From Trypanosoma brucei (lineage: Eukaryota), in NCBI GenBank assembly GCA_000002445.1, contig CM000207.1, forward strand, positions 2,944,001 to 3,008,000: DNA of 64,000 bases. Direction: 5' to 3'. Of the stretch, positions 59,331 through 64,000 are shown in pieces. The position numbers and the translations under genes were made by a program. The notes under the pieces were generated by a model. It searched no databases, had not been told where the DNA came from, and worked only from the letters and a program-made list of their open reading frames with translations. Position 1 is the stretch's first letter, and each line of letters starts with the position of its first letter.

Positions 59331-61139
59331 TCGATACAGCATTCTTCCTCTCATTTTAAGAGTGTGTTTAATGATGATTTTTGTTGCGTTTCCTGTCCCT
59401 TCTAGAGTCTTTTTTAGGCGAGAGTTGTTGCCTTGGAGCCGTATTGTCTGCAGTAGTGTTTGAAGTTAAATTATTTTCTGGTAAGTTTAGGTTAAATATT
59501 CGTTATCACCGTTCACCACTTTTCGAGAAACTTTTTGTAGCTCTCTAAACTTACCCACGTTCCAATATTCAACCATTTGGCCCTCTATTTCTCTATTCCT
59601 TCTATCCTCACTATTTCCTTTATGACAATTCCACTTAATTTCACACAGTTCCAGCTCACATCACAACTGGAATTTTTTTATGGTTAACACTGTATCAGTA
59701 CTGGTTTGGCAACTACTTCAGCTGCGTACTTCACCCATCGCTGACGAAAGTGCTCTCTCTTGCCCGTTAGCTGCATTGGTGTTCTTATTTTCTTTTGTTT
59801 GTGGAGTACAAGCCCTATGGTTTGAGCTAATCTCGAAGCTAGTTGCTGTTCATAGATTTTTTTGTTTCTTATCATTACTGGGTATATATGCTCTTGCTTT
59901 TGTTGGTGAGAACGTTGCTCGACTCCTTTTAACGTGTCACACCTTTTTAGTGTAGGATCAATTTTTTTCAAGTTGTGTCATGACTTGTAATCCAAACTCC
60001 ATGTAACCATCATTAAAAAGAATCTAAACTTTTCTCATCCCTCATATATCAAATTGTCATCTATTCTCCGGAATACAAGTCGTTTGTCGGTTAAAATAAT
60101 TTAATACTTTTTGTCTTTAATATCGTCCTCTACGGCTTTTAACGGATTCTGCTTTCTACAGTTTCATTTGCTTTTACAGCTGCTGGAATAAAAAAGTAAC
60201 GGCATTTTTTGACGAACACGGTTTGGTTTCTGTTTCTATTTTAGGTCTCGTTGTTTAATATAGTCAGAAACCACATAAGACCCTTTATTTTGAGTTCATA
60301 AAGTGTTTTTTGACAACTTTAGTCTTATCAATCCACTTTTTTACCTGAATATCAGAGAACTTTTGGAGGTGTGCCCTAGTTTCTTTCAAACTCTTAATAT
60401 CTCTCCAGTATGCAAATACATAACTTGAAAAATAGTGGCATTGCTTTTCTCTACTTCATAAAGGCTCCATAACAGTTTATACATGCGCTATTTTTAGCAG
60501 TTCAAGTGTTTTCATTATTCTATTCATGGTAATGCATTGGTAGTCATAGTTTTAATTTTTCCCCCGTAATATTATATTACTAAACACAAATGTTTGCTAT
60601 TAGTATTACATTTGACGAGAAAACTAAGATATTTTCCTTACACCTATTCAATACCCCCTTCCTTATCTTCTCTGTCAGAGCCATAAATTAGCATTTGCTA
60701 TTAAATAAAAAACTACAGGGCCACCATCTCTGAAGTAGAATCTATCGATTTGTGAGTACAATGTAGAGATCTATAGTCCTTTTATAGCTCTTCGCTCTGC
60801 CGTATTTTTTTCGCACTCCTCCATTCTTTTTTGTATTTTTGGGACTTATGTTTCATCTTCAATTACTATTTCTTCATATGTTATAGCGGATTGATTTGCC
60901 TGTACATTAGACTCTGCTTTCTCACTGATTGATCTATCCATCTTCTTCTTATTAGCAATTACCACCGTCATAGCTGCTTCAGAAACTAGGCATAATACCT
61001 CTCTTTTTCTTTTTTGTCCTTTTCCATCTAACTTTATGCATTTAACTTGATAATATTTCTCTTCCTCTTTCACTTACTTATTTCCATCGTACCTTGCCAT
61101 TGTTTTAATTGCTTTTACTTAGGTGATCCATTTTATTTT

Positions 61140-61240
61140 CACAACCACACCTACTTTATTATTATAGATACACTCACTTACACTTATATAATTATTATTA
61201 TTATCTTCCTAATACTATTATAACCCTAACTATTACTCAA
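61140..61240 (-). repeat. 70-bp repeat in reverse orientation.
   Basis: TATTATAGATACACTCACTTACACTTATATAATTATTATTATTATC followed by TATAACCCTAACTA. Confidence 0.6.
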
Positions 61241-61397
61241 AAATAGGCAAAATAAACAAAGTCAGCATAACAATTAGTTTTGTCGCCCTATCGCCTTACA
61301 ACTTTATACCCATGGGCTGATATTACACCAAAATTTTATTTTTATCATATCTTTTAAATTGCAAAAAGTTAATAATTTTCAATTTTTAAATCAAAAA

Positions 61398-61413
61398 GTG
61401 TTAAAATATATCA
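61398..61413 (-). promoter_or_regulatory. VSG 3'UTR conserved 16-mer (reverse complement).
   Basis: GTGTTAAAATATATCA, an exact match. Confidence 0.75.
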
Positions 61414-61549
61414 AATGTTTCAAATTTTAAAAACCCTCTCAAAATAGAAAATTTCATGATGTTTAAAAAATGGAGGAAAGTTTTTTAGTACACTAAAATT
61501 CTACAAAACTCACAAAAGCAGTAATTATCATAGCCATTTAATTATTTAA

Positions 61550-62957
61550 GAGGAAACTAAAATGTTTACAAGCGTTATCATCCCAGTTGCAAACATATTT
61601 TCACTCTCCTTCGGGTTTCCCCTGCACCTCTTTTTTTTTCCCTCTCCTGCTTCTTCTTGGTTTGCTGCTACTTTTTCTGCTGCCTTTTTAGGGTCTAATG
61701 AGCATTTTTTATTTGCATCAGTAGCATCGCCGTCCCATTTGCATGGCTCCTTGCATTTGTCTTTTGATTGATGTTTGTTGCAGTCGCTTGTGCTCGGTGT
61801 CGTGCTGCTTAATACTGGTATCGCCGTTGCCGTTGTTAGCTTTTGGCATCGCCTTTTAAAGCTTGTAGATAGGCTGCCAGAGCGGTCCCTTTTAACGCCG
61901 CTGCTTGCGCTGCGATTCTGTTGTTGACTGCCGCCTCCGCATCTGCCGTTTCAAATTTCGCTATGGCATCGTCTATGTGTGTGAGCCACTGTATGTCGAG
62001 GGTGGCGTCGGCCCTGGTGTCTTTGTAGTAAACGCAATTGCCGTTTGCTCCACCATTACATTGTTTGCTTGCTGCTGCCCCCAGAATATTCGCGTCACCT
62101 GCTGCTGCTACTTTATCCGCTTTGAGTGCTGTCGTGAAAATGTTTTTGGCATGCCGTAGGTCCCCGGCTGTTACTCGAATGTGGCCTGCTTTTGGGCATT
62201 TTCTCGCGATCGCCGTCGCTGCGGCTTGAGTCGTTTGGGTGCCGTCGCCGTACGTGATCGATGACAGTGCGGCCCCTGTGCAGCTTTCCGAATGTCCGGC
62301 TGTGACCGAGCAAAGACACAACAAGTCTGAATAAAGCGACATTCCTGTGGACTTTCCGACCGGGTTGTTGTCCCCGCACCCGGCGGCGCCCGAGTTCGCG
62401 TAGGTCTCGCCCGCCTTGTTGCTGTGCTTTCCGGTCTTACCGAACAAAGCTTTGTCCAGGTCGCTCCGTATGTCCTCCGGTGTGACTGTCGTTTTAAGTT
62501 TGTCTTTTAGGGCGGCGATTGTCTTTAGCGTCCGATTTAGGATATTGCTTGCGACTTTGCGTGCGTGCGAGGCGCCTGGCCGTGTTAGCTTCACTCCGTC
62601 AATTTCCGTTTCTCCCTTTGCGATTAAGTTTTTTGCTGTTTTCCATGCTTCCCGGTTTGCTTTATACTCTTCAGGTTTTTTGTCGTCGTCTGTGTTTGGT
62701 TCAAAGTTGGAGTCATAGAGGGTGTCTTCTGATGCTGATAGATTTAGTTGTCTTACGTCCGTCATTAGAGCATCTAAGTCGCTAGTAGTCGCTGCTGGGG
62801 GTAACATGGGTGTCCCACCTATTATCTGGATAATGGTGCAGAGAGCGTTGAATGCTTTGGCGTTGTCATTGGCGGCGGCGTCCACTCCGCCCGTTGTCGC
62901 TGCGAAGGCGAGTGCCAGCGCTAGTTTAGCCAGAAAATGCCGCCGCGCTTTCCTCAT
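61550..62957 (-). CDS. VSG: VSG, b-type, with an intact N-terminal domain ORF and the CTD in a different frame.
   Basis: ORF 61836-62957 (373 aa) has signal peptide MRKARRHFLAKLALALAFAATTGG and the motifs LYSDLLCLC and CVYY. The CTD (CKEPCKWDGDATDANKKCS) and the tail are encoded at 61550-61835 in another frame. A reverse 16-mer lies at 61398-61413. Confidence 0.75.
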
Positions 62958-64000
62958 GTGTAGTTATTGCACTTTCTTTAGCGTGTTATAAGAGATAGTT
63001 CGTTTTTCTGGAGGGTGGTATCGCTTTGTTACCTTGTGAAACAGGAGGCAGTGTAGCATTAGCAGATGAAGCCCTGTCTTTTACACTGTATTGCGCCTGA
63101 TTGGTCAGCTTTTTCGTGTACATCCGCTGTTAGCCAGGCTTTTAGGTGCTCAGCACCGAGTTAAGGAACGGTTTCTGTGCACTTTCGGTTGTTATCTGCA
63201 TCTAGCTGCTGGCAGTTGTATTTGCTTGCCTGTGGTGTAAAATCATAACTAGCTTTATTATGTATTACAGAGGTGTCTTTCCAGGTGACATTTTGGTATT
63301 GAACTTTTCTTCTTCATTGCATTTATTATGTTTTTAAGCTACATGCTACACCTTTGCTTCAGCAGATATCGTAACTGCTATACTACCGAAGTTTCACCAT
63401 GTCGGTTAATTTTCTTTGCAAGATGGTGGTATTTTTCTGTCTTCTGTGACGATTTTTTTTCTCTCTTATAACTCACATCACTTTTATACTACTACTACTA
63501 CACCTGTTTTTTCAGCTCATTGGTAACACATTTAGATACTTGAATCTATAAGACAACAAAAAGCTCGGTTCTATCTAATACCCTTTCAAATTAGCCTGAA
63601 TATAGAGCTCACTAAATGTCAGAACTTTCACACTATCTTGTGATACAATAATATATTTATTACTTCAATTCCTTTCCTTTTTGCTTAATTATTCTACTTT
63701 GCGTTAGGTTTTCTATATTTGGTGGTGTTTTTCGCTCTTTGCATATTATTTTCATGAGTTTACCAGCTGTTTTCTCGGGTATTATTTGGTAAGCGTGGTT
63801 AGTTCTCATTAAAGAAAAAATTATAGACTAATTATATGCACTTTATAAGCTTCTTTTCCTTTGTTATGTTGCTGTTTATCTATGAAAGTTTCTTTAGGAA
63901 AACCACATCTATCAAAGAGTTCTTAGAAGTATATTAGAAATGATTCATTTGGTCATTCTCAACTATTACAGCTTCGTTATGTTAGTTCAAGCCATTCAAT

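Noticed and set aside
63440-63510. A possible reverse 70-bp repeat (CTCTTATAACTCACATCAC...TATACTACTACTACTACAC).
   Set aside because: It is too degenerate, with (TAC)n in place of (TTA)n and a weak core, to call with confidence. It may be a decayed unit upstream of the VSG at 61550-62957.

Overview
This window looks like a Trypanosoma brucei-group silent VSG (variant surface glycoprotein) array, probably subtelomeric. It holds about 18 VSG genes, pseudogenes and gene fragments in three strand blocks: minus from 1 to 16.4 kb, plus from 23 to 48.6 kb, and minus again from 54.6 to 63 kb. Most VSGs are preceded by a degenerate 70-bp repeat carrying a TAA/TTA triplet run. A number of them are followed by the conserved 3'UTR 16-mer TGATATATTTTAACAC. 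Only the VSG at 31207-32676 has a fully intact ORF with signal peptide, C-terminal domain (CTD), GPI signal and a proper stop codon. The others carry frameshifts, stops or truncations, and the C-terminal GPI-signal region is the most frequent site of damage. Three non-LTR retroelements are present: a full-length but frameshifted ingi (16415-21656, +), a RIME (33252-33749, -) and a degenerate ingi-related element, probably a DIRE (about 48670-54300, +). The ingi sits at the divergent strand switch and the DIRE at the convergent one. The 5' ends of both the ingi and the RIME abut 5'-truncated 3' halves of homologous a-type VSGs, with no target-site duplications. Other notable points are a perfect (TTA)170 tract of 510 bp inside a 70-bp-repeat cluster, and two paralogous non-VSG pseudogene fragments (possibly ESAG3-related, unconfirmed) lying at the same relative position upstream of two different VSGs. 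No rRNA, tRNA, CRISPR or telomere repeat arrays were seen. All boundaries are approximate and all homology claims come from reading translations by eye, not from database searches.
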